Assembly (NCBI GenBank): GCA_013265495.1
Contig: MU058636.1
Location: 3,707,967-3,771,966, forward strand
DNA length: 64,000 nucleotides
DNA from: Vicugna vicugna
Taxonomy: Eukaryota
Direction of reading: 5' to 3'
A model generated the notes under the pieces. It was not told the origin of the DNA. It did not search any database and worked only from the letters and a program-made list of their open reading frames with translations. Positions 1 through 14,100 of the stretch are shown in pieces. Position numbers and translations under genes: made by a program. Within the stretch, counting starts at the first letter, position 1; the number at the start of each line of letters is the position of its first letter.

Positions 1-3000
1 CTTCCTGAGCCTCCAGCACCTACGCTGATCCCCCAGGCACCTCTGCTGATGCAGGTTCTGCTAAAGATCCTTGGGAATTAAGTGACAGGTGACCACGAGG
101 GACGCTGCTGGGCTGAGGGTCCTGCCAGCCTCTGCCTGGTCAGCAGTGCCCTTCTGGGGGGACCCCTACCCCACCTCAAACCTTGCAAGCCATCTCAGTG
201 GTGTTGAGGTCCCTGCAGGTTGGACTTCCGCCAGCGTATGCCTTTTGGCCCTTCAAGAAATGTCAATGTCCCAAGAGCAGCTGCTCCTCTTGTGTTGATC
301 TCACTGTTCCTCCCCAGGCTGGGCTCAGGGTGAGGGGGTACATGCCTCTTCCAAGCTGTGTCTGTTCATCCTCCCATCACAGAGGCTTCATCCAGCCCTG
401 AGTTCCCCCCACGCCCCCACCTTCCGGCTGGCCATGTCCTCCCCACAGTTCCTGGGACATCGTGGGGAAGGAGGACACCAACCCGATTTTCAGAATGTTA
501 TGAAATTTTAGATGCCAGCTACTGCCAACTGTGGCCAATCTGATACCTCAAACTCAAAGGAGCAAACCTTCACAAAAGTTTACACAGCCAGTAAATTTCT
601 CTATGTTGCCATATTTCCCCCAGATTCCAGTTCAGTCCTCCCCTGTTTCCATAACAACCTGTATCCCAGAATAAGCAGAGTGAGAGCCATGATCAACAGC
701 ACTGGAAGAGGGGTGCACTCGGTATTTCTTTATGGGGGTTTCCTGTCTCCTTCTTGTAGACTCTTGATGTATGACTCTTGTTTTTAGGCCAAAAATGGGC
801 CCTGATAAATCCAGAGGCCCCCAGCATTCTCAGCACTCAGGTCTGTATGAATGTTCCCCAGCAGCCAACATCCAAAAACGTGCACGCACGAGGCAGACAT
901 GAGAATGCACAGACTACAGATAGAACAGGGGAGGCGGGAGCAGCTCTGATCATCCCCTTACACACCAGTTCTCCCCCCCACACACACACACCCCGTATGA
1001 TCATAAAACATGAAAGCAGTGAAGATGCCATGTTACCTAGTGGAATTAGCACAGTCACTTCCCAAAGGAATCAGACACATGAAAGGGCAAAGGGGGCCTC
1101 CTCCTGCAGTGTAGCCGACACCCCCTCCCCACCACGGTCCAGGGGAGGGGCTTGGGGACTCTGCCCTACACAGGCCATCACCAAGAACAACCCCTATGAG
1201 CACCCCCTATGGAGCCCCTAGCCCTAGACGGTGTCTACATCAATGAGCACACACCTGCTGAAGGAAGGTGTGAGCGAAGGAAGGAAAGAAGGAAGGAAGG
1301 AGAGATGTGCATTTTCCCTTTTGCTCTTTTCCTTCCCTGGGCTCACCTGCCCTTGACGTGGAATAGGACCCAGTGAAAGCTGAGGTCAGGATGGGCGTGT
1401 GGGGAAAGGCACCCAGGGTGGACATCCCCACTGGGTGCCTCAGGTCTCCCCGACTCTGGCTCCCAGTTTCCTTTGAATTTTCAGTTTCCTCTTGGCATCT
1501 TGCAGATACTCCTTGGCCTCTGGCTCAGGACCAGATCCCCTCCCCTCAATTTCCCTGCAGCATCCCCTTCCCTCCCCATTGTGAGATACATTAAAATGTT
1601 CTACTGGAAACTGAGGCTAAAGACAGAAAGGCCTGCTTCACAGCACCACGCACCGGGTAACTGGAACGTGGATATCAGGCTTTCTGTGCTTAAAAACCCT
1701 CCCGGTCGTTTCCACCAGCTCCTGCTGTAGCCTCTTACCAAAGCACCTCCCTACCCGCGTGTTCTCTCCTCCAGTTTCTCCCCACACACACTCCTGCTCA
1801 CGTGAAGCTGCGACCAGGAGGGGCTCGCCAGGGAAGGGCTTCTGAGATCACGTTCTATGTCTTAACTTTGGTGATGGGTACATGGGTATTTGGCTTTATA
1901 ATTATTTCGCAATTTGAACACACATGACTTACTCTTCTTCATGTACGATACACCCCACATTAAAAAGAGGAGGAAAAAAAGCCCTGTTCATTACTTACGT
2001 GATACAGTTCACTCTCATTTATTTTTCTAACCAAGTCTGAGAGCCTTAGCGTCTATCCTGTAGTAGTCTATCTAGCTATTTTGCTCAATGTAGATAGTTC
2101 TCCCCCAAAGAGGAATGACTTTAATAGAACATAAAATTTCGTGGAGAATTTTTAAAACTGCCAGTATCCCGTATGGCTAGAATTTGGGGGGTAGGGCAAG
2201 AGGAGGTGGGAAAATGAGCTGCGCCCGGATGAGGGCTGCACAGGTCAGGGGATGGCACGTGAGCCTCATCTTGGAGGCAGAGGAGCCACGGGCCTGAGCA
2301 CAGTCAGGCTGGGTCAGAGGTCATGATGGGGTGAGTTTAGTGCCTGGGAGGCCAGTGAGGAAGGGATGCAGTGGGTTCGGGGACAAGGGGCCATGGGCTG
2401 GTGCAAGGTGGGGAGAAAGGAAGGGACGGACAGGAGACGTGCTTCGGGGATGGAGAGCAGCGGCTGAAGGACAGATTAGACGTGGCAGGAATGGGAGAGA
2501 AGTCTGAGATGCAGTCAGAATTCCAGCCTGAGCACCGTGCGGGGGGTCCTGAGACTCTCTGAGATGGAGGGAGGGAGGCTGCCTTGGGTGGTGCCTCTGT
2601 GGATGCCCAAGTGCAGAATACAGAGGAGCAGAGGCGGGAGATGCCTTCAGAGGCCCAAGATGGGTAACAAGGAAAACAGACGTCCAGCTGCTTTCTCTTC
2701 TCCCCATCTAGGGATCAACAGGTTACCTCCTGGGGAGTTAGAATGGTGCGCAGCAATCCCAGTCCTTTGTGTCCACGGCCAGGCCGGCCGGCAGGGGTGA
2801 GCGAACCCCCTAGCTGTAAGCATCACCCTCCGAGGCAGGGTGGAGCTGGAGAAAAGGCAAGCAAGGGAAGAGGAGGAAAGAAAGGGGCCAGGAGGGTAAA
2901 GGCAGAGGGAGGGGGTAGGAACAGCAGCGGAGACGGAAGAGGAGGACGGGGAGGACGGAGGTGGGGGTGAGGGGTGGGCTGCCAACCGCTTTGTCCACCA

Positions 3001-3024
3001 CAGGCAGCCACCTTTTCATCGGGG

Positions 3025-4210
3025 TGATCATTCATTCAGTCATTCAATCATTCATTCATTCAAGAAGAAATCCTTGAGTGTCTGCTACATGCGGGCTCAG
3101 TGCAGGTTCCCTCATAAACAAATCAGACACAGTCCCTACCCGGCTGGAGCTTACAATCTGGTAGGTGGGGCAAATAAATACAAATTAAATGTATAATTAC
3201 AAATTGTGATAAGGGTGGTGAAGGAGGAGTACAGCAGGCTGTGAGAATAACACCCGGGGCACTGAATTAGGGATGAGTGTGTGTGTGTGTGTGTGTGAGA
3301 TTCTGTAAGCAACGTCGGGGAAGGCTTCTTCGTGGAAGGCTAAAAATCTCTCAGCCCGGCTGCGCCGGGCAAAATGGCAGCCACAGCCAACCCCCAAACC
3401 TCTGTGACTCGGCCCGTTAAACTTGTACTTCTCACTCACACTAAATCAGCTGAGGGTCCGGGCGGCTCCCGGGGCAGCTGCCGGCCGCATGCGGCTCGGG
3501 GGCCCGGAGGCTTTGATCTGCTGGCGCTCGCAAGCTAGCTTGTCCCCCGACAGCAGCACTGCAGGGAGCGGGCACCGTGGAACGCGCTCCGCTCTCAGCG
3601 CTTCTGCTGGAAGGTGACGCGCGCCACTCTCACCGGCATTTCACTGGCCAAAGCAGATACCACAGCCAGGCCCAATTTCAAGGGGACATGAGCCCAGAGG
3701 CAAGAGAAGCAGAAATGCTGGTGAGCGCTGCTAACGTCTACCACACAGGCCTAGAGTGGGGAGAAGGGCATCGCAGGCACAGGCGGGAAAAGAGCTCAGA
3801 GACGGGGGTGGAGGGTGGGAGGGGTGGATGGAAGGTAGAGAGCAAATGTGAGAATTGACAGAAAAGGTGATCAGGGCTCAGACTGGACACAGGAAGGGTT
3901 ACGTGTTCCATCCTATTCTGTTCTGTTCTGTACAATTGAAGGTTTTAAAGCAAGGGAGTCAGGGTGTATGATTTATTGTTTAAAAAAGTGTTTTGGGTTA
4001 TTGTTCAGAGAAATGGATGAAGAGGCCATTGAAATAGGGGTCGGCGGTAAGGATGGAGGGAAACAGTGCAATTGAGAGGCATCTTGGGGGTAGGATTGAT
4101 GAAGTCGGGTGACAGATTGGAATGGAGGAAGAAGAAGGGTCAAGGATGACAGTAGATTTCCTGGCTTAAGCAATTTAATGGATGGCGTCGCTGCGTATGA
4201 AGGCAGGGAG
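3025..4210 (-). mobile_element. L2 fragments (~3025-3340 and ~3840-4210)
   Basis: (TTCA)n tail followed by ttgagtg...agacacagtccctaccc...gagcttacaatct; also gtcaaggatgac...tttcctggcttaagcaa. Confidence 0.65.
3277..3297. repeat. (GT)10 microsatellite
   Basis: Read directly from the sequence. Confidence 0.95.
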
Positions 4211-6067
4211 GCTGGGGGAGGGGTAGACTCTGTGTGTGTTTGTGTGTGTGTCGGGGGAGCTCTACCGATGCACGGGGCAGGGAGAGGTACCTATGGGACA
4301 CGAAGCAGGGATGTCGGGGGCGGTGGATCTGGTTGCCGGTCTCAGGTATCTGTGTTAGATGAGCTGCAGCCTCCCCTTGGCATTTCCAGGGAAGCGCTGG
4401 ATTCGCTCTCTTTTAACCCCAGAGGTCTTCCCCCAAGTACAAATGTTACTGTCTGCTCTAAAAGGTAGTGTATTAGTAGGAAATCTGAGGCACAGTGAGG
4501 CCAACACATCAGGAGATGACCGTCCTTGGGAAGATCACTTGCTACTCACAGTTTCCGGTAAGTGGGGGTGCAGCAGCCTCGCAGGCGGGGTCCCAGGACT
4601 GGTTTCCCAGGGAAGGAGCGGGCCAGGCGGGGCAAGCAGGCTTAGGATCGGCTAGGGTGGGAGATTTCAGAGGGCTCTGGGGCAGGGGACTGTCCCCAGT
4701 GGCCTGGCTCCCAGGTGGGTGATTAGAGCAGAATAGTGGCCCAGAATCTGAGAGCCAATAATGGAGGCGGTGGCGCTGTGGGCTGTGGATGAGTTGGTTC
4801 GCATTTGGAAAGCGTGTTCCTGGGCGGGTTGTTTACTGGCTCTAGGACCTGACTAATCCTGGGGCGGGGGAGGCGGGGAGGGTAGCCGCGGAGGTCAGTC
4901 CCTCCAAGGGTCAGCAAGGCCCACTTGCCAAAGCATCAGAATATAGAACATAAAAGACCTGGTCAATGAACTGCCACCCTGTGTAACAGATTCCCACACT
5001 GGTCCCCAAGGTGACCTGAAGTTCAACCATGCTTACAGGAGGAATGTTTAATGGCCTTTTAAAAAGCATTAGGAGCTATGTTGTTAAGGGATATTCCAGC
5101 ACATCCACCACCCGACACATCTGTTAGCTGTCTGCTCTAAGAGCTACATAGAACCACTGTGCATATATATCCCCCAGCTCCCGACCAAACAGATACCTTT
5201 CTTGGCCTCAGTGACTCTGTAAATGAAGTCAGCGTAGCCCAGACACATGGAGAAAAATGGAAAAGCCTTGCTTTTATATTTAATTCTAATTTGCTCTTTT
5301 GAGAAGTGTTATGTTTTTGTGAGAGAGACGGGTTGCCTGGGAGATGTGATTCTCAGGCCAGGATTTCAGTTGTCTGCAAAGTAACAAGGACGTTATTTAA
5401 GAAGTTCTCAGACGGTGCAAGGTTGGGAGAAGAGACCACTTGGCTGGATGGAGATGGCGGGAGAGGCTGTGGCGTGGGGGCGACGTCCCCGCCTGTCCCC
5501 GCCCGTCCCTGCTGTGTATGCCAGACCTCAGGACCCATCTCACAGGCACCTAAATAGGTCAAAGTGACTGCCTGGAACTGCTCACCCCCCAGGATGGGGG
5601 GCAGCTTGTCAGCTGCCGGCTACCAGGCTTCCTGCTCACACAGAGGGCACAGGCCCTTGACCCTCGGCTTCTCAGCTGCTGAGGGACAGCTCCCATCTGG
5701 GCTGGTCACGGAGCTCCGTGGACTTGGGGCAGGAGGACCAAGGCAAATGTGTAGCTGCTCTGTGACATGAGACTGCCATGAATAATAATTTTTCAGGGCC
5801 AGCGGGCACAGAGGGAGGCTTTGGAGGCACAAATGGTCAGGGGCTGGCTTAGGGGGAGCAGGGTATTGGGACCTGGACACCCCAACTTGGTAGCAGTTGG
5901 GTGCACTAGTAACCTCTCAGGATGGGTGAGGAATTAGATATGCTTTCACCAGTCACAGCAGGTGCCCGAATATTTTTTGAATAAAATAAAAATAAGAGTT
6001 GCTTCAATAGACTGAGCACTGTCTGTGCCAGAGACGGGGCTACGTGTTGCACTTATTTTAATTCTTC

Positions 6068-6461
6068 TGTGACGGTTGGTTTAGTACCACTCAGCTGTTT
6101 AATCAAAGACTAATCTAGGTTTTACTGCAAAGGTATTTCGTAGATGTGGCTAATGTCTGCTCTCAGTTGATTTTAAGTAAAAGAGAGTCCCCCCCCAATA
6201 AGATGGGTGGGCCTCAGCCAATCAGTTGAAAGGCCTTATGAGCAAAAGCTAAAGTTTCCTAGAGAAGAAGAAATTCTGCCTCAAGATTGCAGTATCAACT
6301 CCTGCCTGAGTTTCCAGCCTGACTCGTGGGTTCTGACTTGCCAGCCCCCATAAGCGTGTAAGCCAATTCCTTAAAATAAATCTCTTAATATATAGGAAGG
6401 ATATCTCTATATAGAGAGGTAGAGAAAGAGCTAGTCTGTTTTTCTGGAGAACTCAGATACA
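6068..6461 (+). mobile_element. Solo ERVL LTR, MLT2-like
   Basis: TG...CA termini with a 5-bp TSD TCTTC (6063-6067 / 6462-6466). Internal MLT2-like motifs (ccaatcagttgaaaggcc, gccaattccttaaaataaatct, ctggagaac). Confidence 0.85.
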
Positions 6462-9271
6462 TCTTCCAACAGCTCTACGATTAGCTCCATCTTGCAGTTG
6501 AGGAATCTGAGGCTCAGAGATGTTGAGTTGGGGAATTTCCTCAAAGTCACATAGTTCAGTAAGAGGCAGAGCTGGGTCTGTCTGTTTTCAAAATCTGCGG
6601 TTAAAATGTCACCATACGTGGCCTCTCCAGGGTGCCTGAAATAACAGAAGTCCAGCCAGTTCTGGAGAAAGGAGTGCTGAGGTAGACATGTCAGCTCTGT
6701 AATCACTTGCTGGAGGGTGCCCAGGAGTTTGGGTTGAAGAATGACTTAATTCTCAGAGAACCAGCTGCTTCACAGCCTTGACATTGCTAACAAACCAACT
6801 CTGGCTGCTCCGTCGGCGCCCTCAGCTCTCCTGGCCGCAGCTAACCAGGTGTGCGTCCTGGCCGGCCTGGGGCCCGCCCCTCCGTAGCTACCGGGGCCAC
6901 CTGCTCCCGCAGCACAGCCGCCGCCTCTGGGCCTACCTGCTCACTGGTCTGTCTCCCCAGCGTGTCCCTCTGGAGGGCAGGGCCGCGTGTTCATCCTGCT
7001 TTCCAGGGGATTCCGGGCATGCAATGCAGTGCTTGGCACAGGAAGTCAGGAACGGCTGCTGAGTGTGTCCACTTTGCAGGGTGATTTGAACTTGTCTCCA
7101 TCCTCCATTTCCGGGAAAGTGCTGAAAGGGGCCAATAGCCCCATGACCTGACATCGTCATGGAAGCAGATCTCAGATTTCAGCTGTTGAATGAGCCACCA
7201 GTGAAGGAACGAGCAACCTGCTGCCTGTTATCAGTGAAGACTCTGCCTGGCCCCACCCCCAGCCCAGGAGGCACAGCCAGATCACTGGGCCTGCTCCTGG
7301 GTGGCCTTCACCCAGGAAATCCGCGGTCACCGCACGCCCCTCGGAGCCTGCTCTGCCGTCAGAATCCATGAGCTAGGGATGGATTTGCAAACGCCTGTCA
7401 TCGAGTCTGTAACAAGGGCAAACCTTTAGAAAATGAGCTTTTCTTTAGACTCAGTAAACCTCTGCAGAACAGGCAGAAACGGGCCCTCAAGACAGAGCCA
7501 GCTGGGCCAGACGGGGGCAGGGAGCGCTGGGTGTTTGTCATGTGACTGTCAGGCGGTCACCCGGAGTCGGCTGGGGGATTCTCAGAGCTGAGTGATGCGG
7601 TGGAACAGGTAAAATCACGACATAGGAAGAGGAGCACTGGCTTGGGATTTTGATGATCTGGGCAAGTCCTTAAACCCTCCAGGCTTTTATTTTCATTATT
7701 AGGGCAACTGGTCATCAGGGACCTCCTTGGATTTTTAAGAAAGGATTACTTGAACCTCCACTTGGACAGCTTGGACGTCCAAAGTGCTTGCAGAGTTTGT
7801 GTAAAGCCCCAGGACCTCCGCCCTCGATTCTCTCTCCCCAGCCCGTCCTGTGCTGCCTCCCTGTCATCGGGCACCAGTCTGGCTCCCAGACTCAGCATCG
7901 GCAGTGGTTCCTGGTACTTGCTGCTCTTGCAAAGATCTGCAGACCACAAGGTGCTGATCCTGTGGGGCCCACACTGGACTACCTCCACCTCTACTCAGTG
8001 TGGCACCCAAGACCCTGGAGCTCCCAGCAGAGCAGGGCTGCCGGGCCCTTTGCTCTTAAAAGGAGGCACTCTGGCACTAGCATCCCATTCTATGTGCTAG
8101 CGTCTCCCAGAGTGTTTGGCTAAACCATCAGGCCCCTGAGATGCTGGCCTGGGAGACCAGCCTGGTGTCCATTGCCAGGCCACATGCAGGAGCAGCCTCC
8201 CTCCCTCGCTTCCCTCTGACCACAGAGCCCTGTGGGGAGCCCCACTTCCTCCTCTCCCAGTGTGGCTTCTTTAATATGAACCTCAGTGAATGTGGTCACG
8301 GCGATGGTCCTGATGTCCCTACAAGTTGGATGAATACTGGGCTGAATGCAAGGTCAGGGGCCTCCACTGCAGAGGAACAGCTGAATGGACCCAGAAACGT
8401 GAGTCCAGGGAAAGTTCCAAAATGGACCCGCTGTGTGACCTTCTCGGAGCCTCAGCTTTCCCCTTAAAATGGCAAAAAAAAAAAAAAAGCCATGTTTTCC
8501 ATTCCTCTCCCAGGTTGTGTGAGGCTCAAATGGGCTGACATATGTGAAAAAACACACTTTATTTCACACACAATCTCAATAAAAGGTGTCACAAAAACAC
8601 AAAGGGCGCTGAGGGAGGGTACCTCTCCATGTTCAGCTTTTGGATTCTCCTAGCTCTGCCTGGAAAGGAGGTGTGTCAGGAATGAGCTCATATTTTGCCA
8701 TTTTTTTATCCAGAGGAACTTGGAATAACATCACTCGACTGCTCACATTAGGAGGAAGCAAAAGCATCAAGAGAGTTAGTGATCAGCCGGGGGCTCATCT
8801 TGGAAGGCATTTGAATGGTGTGACTGGGTTTGGGTGGATTTTTTGAAACGTCCAAGCACTATGTACCTGGTATTGAGTTTCTGTGGTGACACCCATCCTT
8901 TCTGGGCTCTGGTTGTGCACGTCCACTGGGCAGGGTCAGTGCTGCCATGACCAGCCCACCCAATCAGGCAGGATAATCAACAGGAGGTTCAGTGAGCTTT
9001 CCCCTAAGTTGGGCACCCACTCTGCATCTATGGGCTGATTCTTGTTTTCTGCCTGTCACTAACGTGGCCTTCCCCTGTGAGATTTCTTAGGCAGTTGGGT
9101 CACCTGACCCCTTGAGTTTCCTCGGCTCCCTCTGCAGCTCAGAGCCTGTGTTTCTTTATCTTTGGTGTATTCTGTTCTCTCTCCTCTTAGGAGAGGACAC
9201 TGAGATTTAGGTTAACAGTGTTAAATCTGAGATATCCCTTCCACATCCAAGTAGAGGAGACAGTTAGATAC

Positions 9272-9670
9272 GGTATTAGCAAGCTATTGCTGTGTAACAA
9301 AAGACCGCTAAACTTAAGGGTTTAAAACAATGAATAGTATTTCACAGTTTCCGGGTGTGGCTTGACTGGGTCCTGTGGTTTAGGGTCTCTGGGCTACAAC
9401 ACTTTCCTTTACAGCTGTTGGCCAGATGCCTTGCCCAGCTCCTCGCCACGTGGGCCTCTCCTGAGGGCAGCCCACAGCATGCAGGTGGCCTCCACGCAGC
9501 CAGTGATGGGGGGAGCAGGAGGGCCAGCAGACAAGAGCCAACTGCAGAAGCAGCAGCCCGTCACTTTGGCTTTATCCAGTTTGTCCAATGCCAGCTACTG
9601 GATTGAGGCCACACTCAAGGGGAGGTAAACACCAGGTGGGGGGACCATGGGGGTCTCCAGAGAGGCTGCT
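9272..9670 (-). mobile_element. Degraded MLT1-like LTR
   Basis: tattagcaagctattgctgtgtaacaaa...aaacttaagggtttaaaacaa...cacagtttc. Confidence 0.6.
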
Positions 9671-10675
9671 CCAGGATGCAAGCTGGGATTCCAGGGAGGG
9701 GGCTGGGAACTGCCCGGCTGCTTAGAGACCAGCCACCAGGAGTGAGCGTCTAGGCTAGAGGAGCTCTGAGGCCTGAGCTGGAGGCATCAGGGTCTGGGAA
9801 GGAACAAGCAAAGGAGGACGAGGCAGGCCGGTGAGGTCTGATGGGTGGCGTGGGCTGCAAGTGATCAGAGATGCATAGGATGAGGCGAAAGCGGAGGGGT
9901 GGGCGGACGGGCCACAGCGGTGCGGAGGTGCAGGTGAGGAACAGGCTGCGAGCCACACCCCACGGCAGGTTCTCAGTGTCCTGGTCTTTAAGAGGTTGTT
10001 CACTGAAAAGAGGAGGTTTTCCCAATCCTCGGAGCTCAGCAACCCCCATGCCCACCCCCAACAACTTAAATGGCGAACAATGAACTGGTTGGGAGCCCTC
10101 ACGGTCTCCCCTTGGCTTCGGGCTGGCAGGGAGTCCTGGGAAATGGGCAGAGGGCAGGCGAACAAACCAGGACGTGTCTGCATCCCAGGGAGAGAGGGTC
10201 GCTGCTTCCCGGATCTGTGTGTTCAGGCCGCAGCAGGCAGGGCCGGCTGAGTCAGCACCAGCAGCCGCAGGAGTGAACCGTTTGACTTTGCTCCGAGTTC
10301 CCCTGAGCTGACTTCCCAGCCAGGCAGTCAAATAAGAAAAGATGCAATTAAGCAATAGACACAAAGAAGAAAAATAATGACAGACAGGCAGTGGACAGGC
10401 TGCAGCGTGTGGACGACTGTTTCCTGCTTTCCAGGGCATCCCCTGAACTTAGGGTGCTGGGCATCCATCCATCCATCCATTTATTCATTCATTCATTCAT
10501 TCAGGAAATATTTATTGAAGACCTTCTATGCCTCAAGCCCAGTGTAGATGCTGGGAATCAACAGTAAGCAGAGGCTGACAATGGCCTTGTCTTCAAGGAG
10601 CTTGCAGTCTGGAAGAGGAGGCAGACATGAATGACATGGCCACACAGATGCAGGAACATGTAGGGTGGTGGTAAC

Positions 10676-11114
10676 TGACAAAAATGCTTTCCTTGGCCCA
10701 GCCTCAGCCTTGGCCCCTGTCTTCTCTTTGCTGGCTTGCATGGCCCCGTCTTAGCAAGAATCCCACTGAGTTAGTATAGTGAGATCCCCTCCGCCCTTGA
10801 CATTTGACCACCCTAGACGTCTGGTCAAATTCCTCATCCCCCACCCCTGATGCCTGATCACGGGCCTGCCTTCAACTAGACTCCTATCAAGTCAGTTTAG
10901 CAAAAAGCCCTGCCCTCATGTCTCCTCTTAATTTCAGTGGGTGGAAAATTAAGAGACCCCCTCATTCTACGCATTGGCTATAACCCCCGACTTGTTTTTG
11001 TGTTGGGAGATGAGTCTGCTCGCTCTCCTACTGCAAGTCTCCACACCTATTGCAATAGTCCTGAATAAGTCTTCCTTACCATTCTAACAAGTGTCAGAAT
11101 AAGATTTTCCTTCA
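10676..11114 (+). mobile_element. ERV1 solo LTR, MER31-like, nested in an L2
   Basis: Starts TGACAAA, carries repeated ttagcaagaatcc/cagtttagcaaaaagccc motifs and tattgcaatagtcctgaataa, ends CA. L2-like sequence lies on both sides (~10470-10670, ~11115-11260). Confidence 0.65.
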
Positions 11115-14100
11115 TCTGGCTGCTGGGAAGGTGAGATACCAGACACTGTGGAAGCCAGTAGGGGATCTGACCTTGTCAGGGAAGTCAAGGAAGGCTTGTC
11201 TGAAGAATGATGTTTGAGCTGAGATCTAATGACTTAAGGCAGGATGGAAGAGGGATGTTAAAATTGTCCAAAACTTGGAAATTGAGCAAGAGGATGACTG
11301 AATGACCTTTCAGGGTTAAACTGATAGTCACTCAGCTGCAAAAGATTTTTTTGTCCTATAGAGATGCAAAATGTCTGTGCAGGGGAAAAGATAGCCTCAA
11401 AGGTTACAGTTGCATTGCCCTGTGGGACATGAACTTGCTTTGTATCCAACGCAGCAAACTTACTTCACCAGTCCTTTCCTGAGAGAGCATATAAATGTTG
11501 GTTCCACAAATGCTCTTTGGACCAGTTTCACCATCTTGCTAGCTTCCTCATTAGTGAGAAAAACCTCTTCACAGGTGCCAGTATGTATTGTATGAGAGTC
11601 ATGTTTTGAATGATTAAAAAATCCTTTTAAAAGAAATCACTTGGTCAGAGGTGGGCGGAGGATATCAGAGAAGTGTGGTTGGTCCTTCCTTACTGGGGAC
11701 GCAGAACCTGGACTTTGAAGCCTTGGAGAAAACCTGGGGAAATCCAGGGATGTGGGGGCTGTGTTCACGGAGCTCCTGGACTCATGAGCAGATAAGCACA
11801 TTACCAGGTTGTCTGCTCCGCCAGACGCCTCACTGCTGGGGCCACGCTCTTTCCTACTCCGTAGCTGTTGGGGGCTATCGGTGTCTGTCACCCGATGCAA
11901 CTTCACAGATCTAAACCCTTCCCCATATCTAGTCCCTTTGCATCTTCGCTGTTTTTCTCAGCAAGGCATCTTCCCTCCGTCCCTGATGTTGTCCCTGGGT
12001 GGTCCTCTTCCCTCTCCTGCCTTGGCTGGTCAGTGCTTCCTCCAGCCTTTACTCTGAGAACTCGCCCTTCCTCTCTGTCCCCACAGTCACAGCCCAGTCC
12101 AGGCTCCCAGATCCATGAGGACCTATTGTGGGATCCTCGTGACTCTTCCACTTTGCAGGCCCTTCCCTCTCCAGTCCGTCCCCACGTGTTTTCGCCAGAT
12201 TCGTCTTCCTTATAAAACCACTGCTTCCACTTGTCACCATCCTGTTTAAAATCCCCGGGTGCATCTGCAGCTGTAACTCAGACTCATGTCTGGCCTTTCG
12301 GAAGCTTTACACTGGAAAAGCAGAGTGAGGTGCTGGCTGAGGGTATTTTCTGTTTCTCGGAATCCTCAAGGGGCCTCTCCCCACCCTGAGGGGCCCCCAA
12401 CCAGGGATCTATGCATAAGTCCACCAATAAGGTTGTCGGCCCATGGGTGGGCGCTTGATTCACGAGCAGCCAGCACAGGGGGCCTGGAATAAAGACCTGC
12501 CCTACGGGACCGCTGTGCTGGGTGGAGGCCCCTGGACCTCTCTGGTCTTCTCCTGGGAGTCTGACTTCAGACAAGGCAGCTGAGGGTGAATCACCCAGTC
12601 TGGAGAACTGGACTGGACAGCGGGGTGACAGCACTGCCAGAGCCACGCTACCCACCTCTCTGTCCTGACTGCACCCCCCTGCGCGGGGATGCTGGCCACC
12701 CCCAGCTTCCCCACGGGGAGACCGCCTTCTTCTGACAGGTCCTGACACGGGAAGAGCTTGATTTCTTTAGTTTCCTGCTGGGCCTGGGAGAGAAGGTGAA
12801 ATGTAACTAAAAGAAACAAGAGAGGAACCAGAGGGGGTGCTGGGCCACCCATGGGGACACAGGGACTCTTTCCTGTGTGGAGGCCAGGGCTGGGGTGGGA
12901 GGCTTGGAAATCAAACGGGTCCTTCACAGTCTGGTCTTGGGCTGGCTTGTTTATAATAAAAACATTTGGTTTGACTTCCACAGAATCCAACCTATGATGT
13001 AAATGCTGAAGTGTTTCAGGCCACATTCCTTTCGGTCCCCAGAGAAGTTCTGTTCAGAAAGCAAGAGGGGAGGAAGCAAATAGTTCCTGGGACCATCTCC
13101 AGCCCACGACACTGCGTTTAGAGTTTAAGCCGTGCAACTAATTCAGATACTAAAATTCAAGCCTGAAATATACCTTTTAAAGGACAAACGAATTACGTGT
13201 GTCCAAGGAGACAGACAGTGTCTCTTTAAATGTTCTTTCTCTTCCTCCCGCGTCGTAATCAGCAGATGGCCCTATCTTCCCCACGGCCCCCTTTCAGCCG
13301 ACCCTCTAATAGCTAATATCCTGCAGTGACCAAAACCATTAGAAGGGTTAGGCCATTACCATCCTGTCCAGCAAACACACAACACTCAGGAGGATTGCCT
13401 TTTCCCCCTTGGATGTTGTTTCCATGGATGAATCAGGCCCAGTGATGGGTTGAAAAATCAAAACAGGGAGGGCAGAGAGTTATGGTCGTTCTTTTCAAGG
13501 ACACCTCCCAGACAGCCTTAGGATTTGAAGTTCTTTTGTGAGGATGATGGCAGACGTCAGTTTTGTGGCTCCAGTGAGCTCTGACAGTGCACACAGAGTC
13601 CGCAGACCTCTGTTCTGGTTATCATAGTATCTCATCCTTGATTTTACTGGGGTGAGTCTCAGCTCTGCCTGTTCACACACTGCCCTGTTTGTGCCAAAGG
13701 AGACAAACCACCAGCCCAGCCCAGAGCCACGTCGCAGGCTCAGGAATGCTCTGAAACACTGCCACCCAGTGGCACTTCCGAGGCATAACAGCACACAGCC
13801 AGGGAGCTGGGAACGGGTTTCCTGAGCTAAAGGACCAAGAGGGAGAGCTGGCTGTGAAATCTGGTCTAGGACCCGGAGACCCAGCTGCAGAAAAGCACGC
13901 TTCTAGGGAAGCTAGTTTGAAATGGGATGAATAGTGCAGGAGTTGGAAACACCGAGAAAGGTGGCCGGGGTAGAGAGAGAGAAGACTAGAGAAGGTAATG
14001 ACGTGGTACGACTGAGCTGTCTTTTTCTAAACAGAAGAAATACACCCTTCTTCTAAGTGAGAGCTGGAGAAAGATGAGTCAATGCAGCCTTCTTTGGAGT

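Noticed and set aside
5556..5569. Near-ERE AGGTCAaagTGACT (of interest because MEDAG is estrogen-linked)
   Set aside because: One mismatch and 39 kb away; about two such matches are expected by chance in 64 kb.
9097..9110. Perfect nuclear-receptor half-site palindrome GGGTCA-cc-TGACCC
   Set aside because: The 2-nt spacer is not the ERE (IR3) geometry, and there is no other support.
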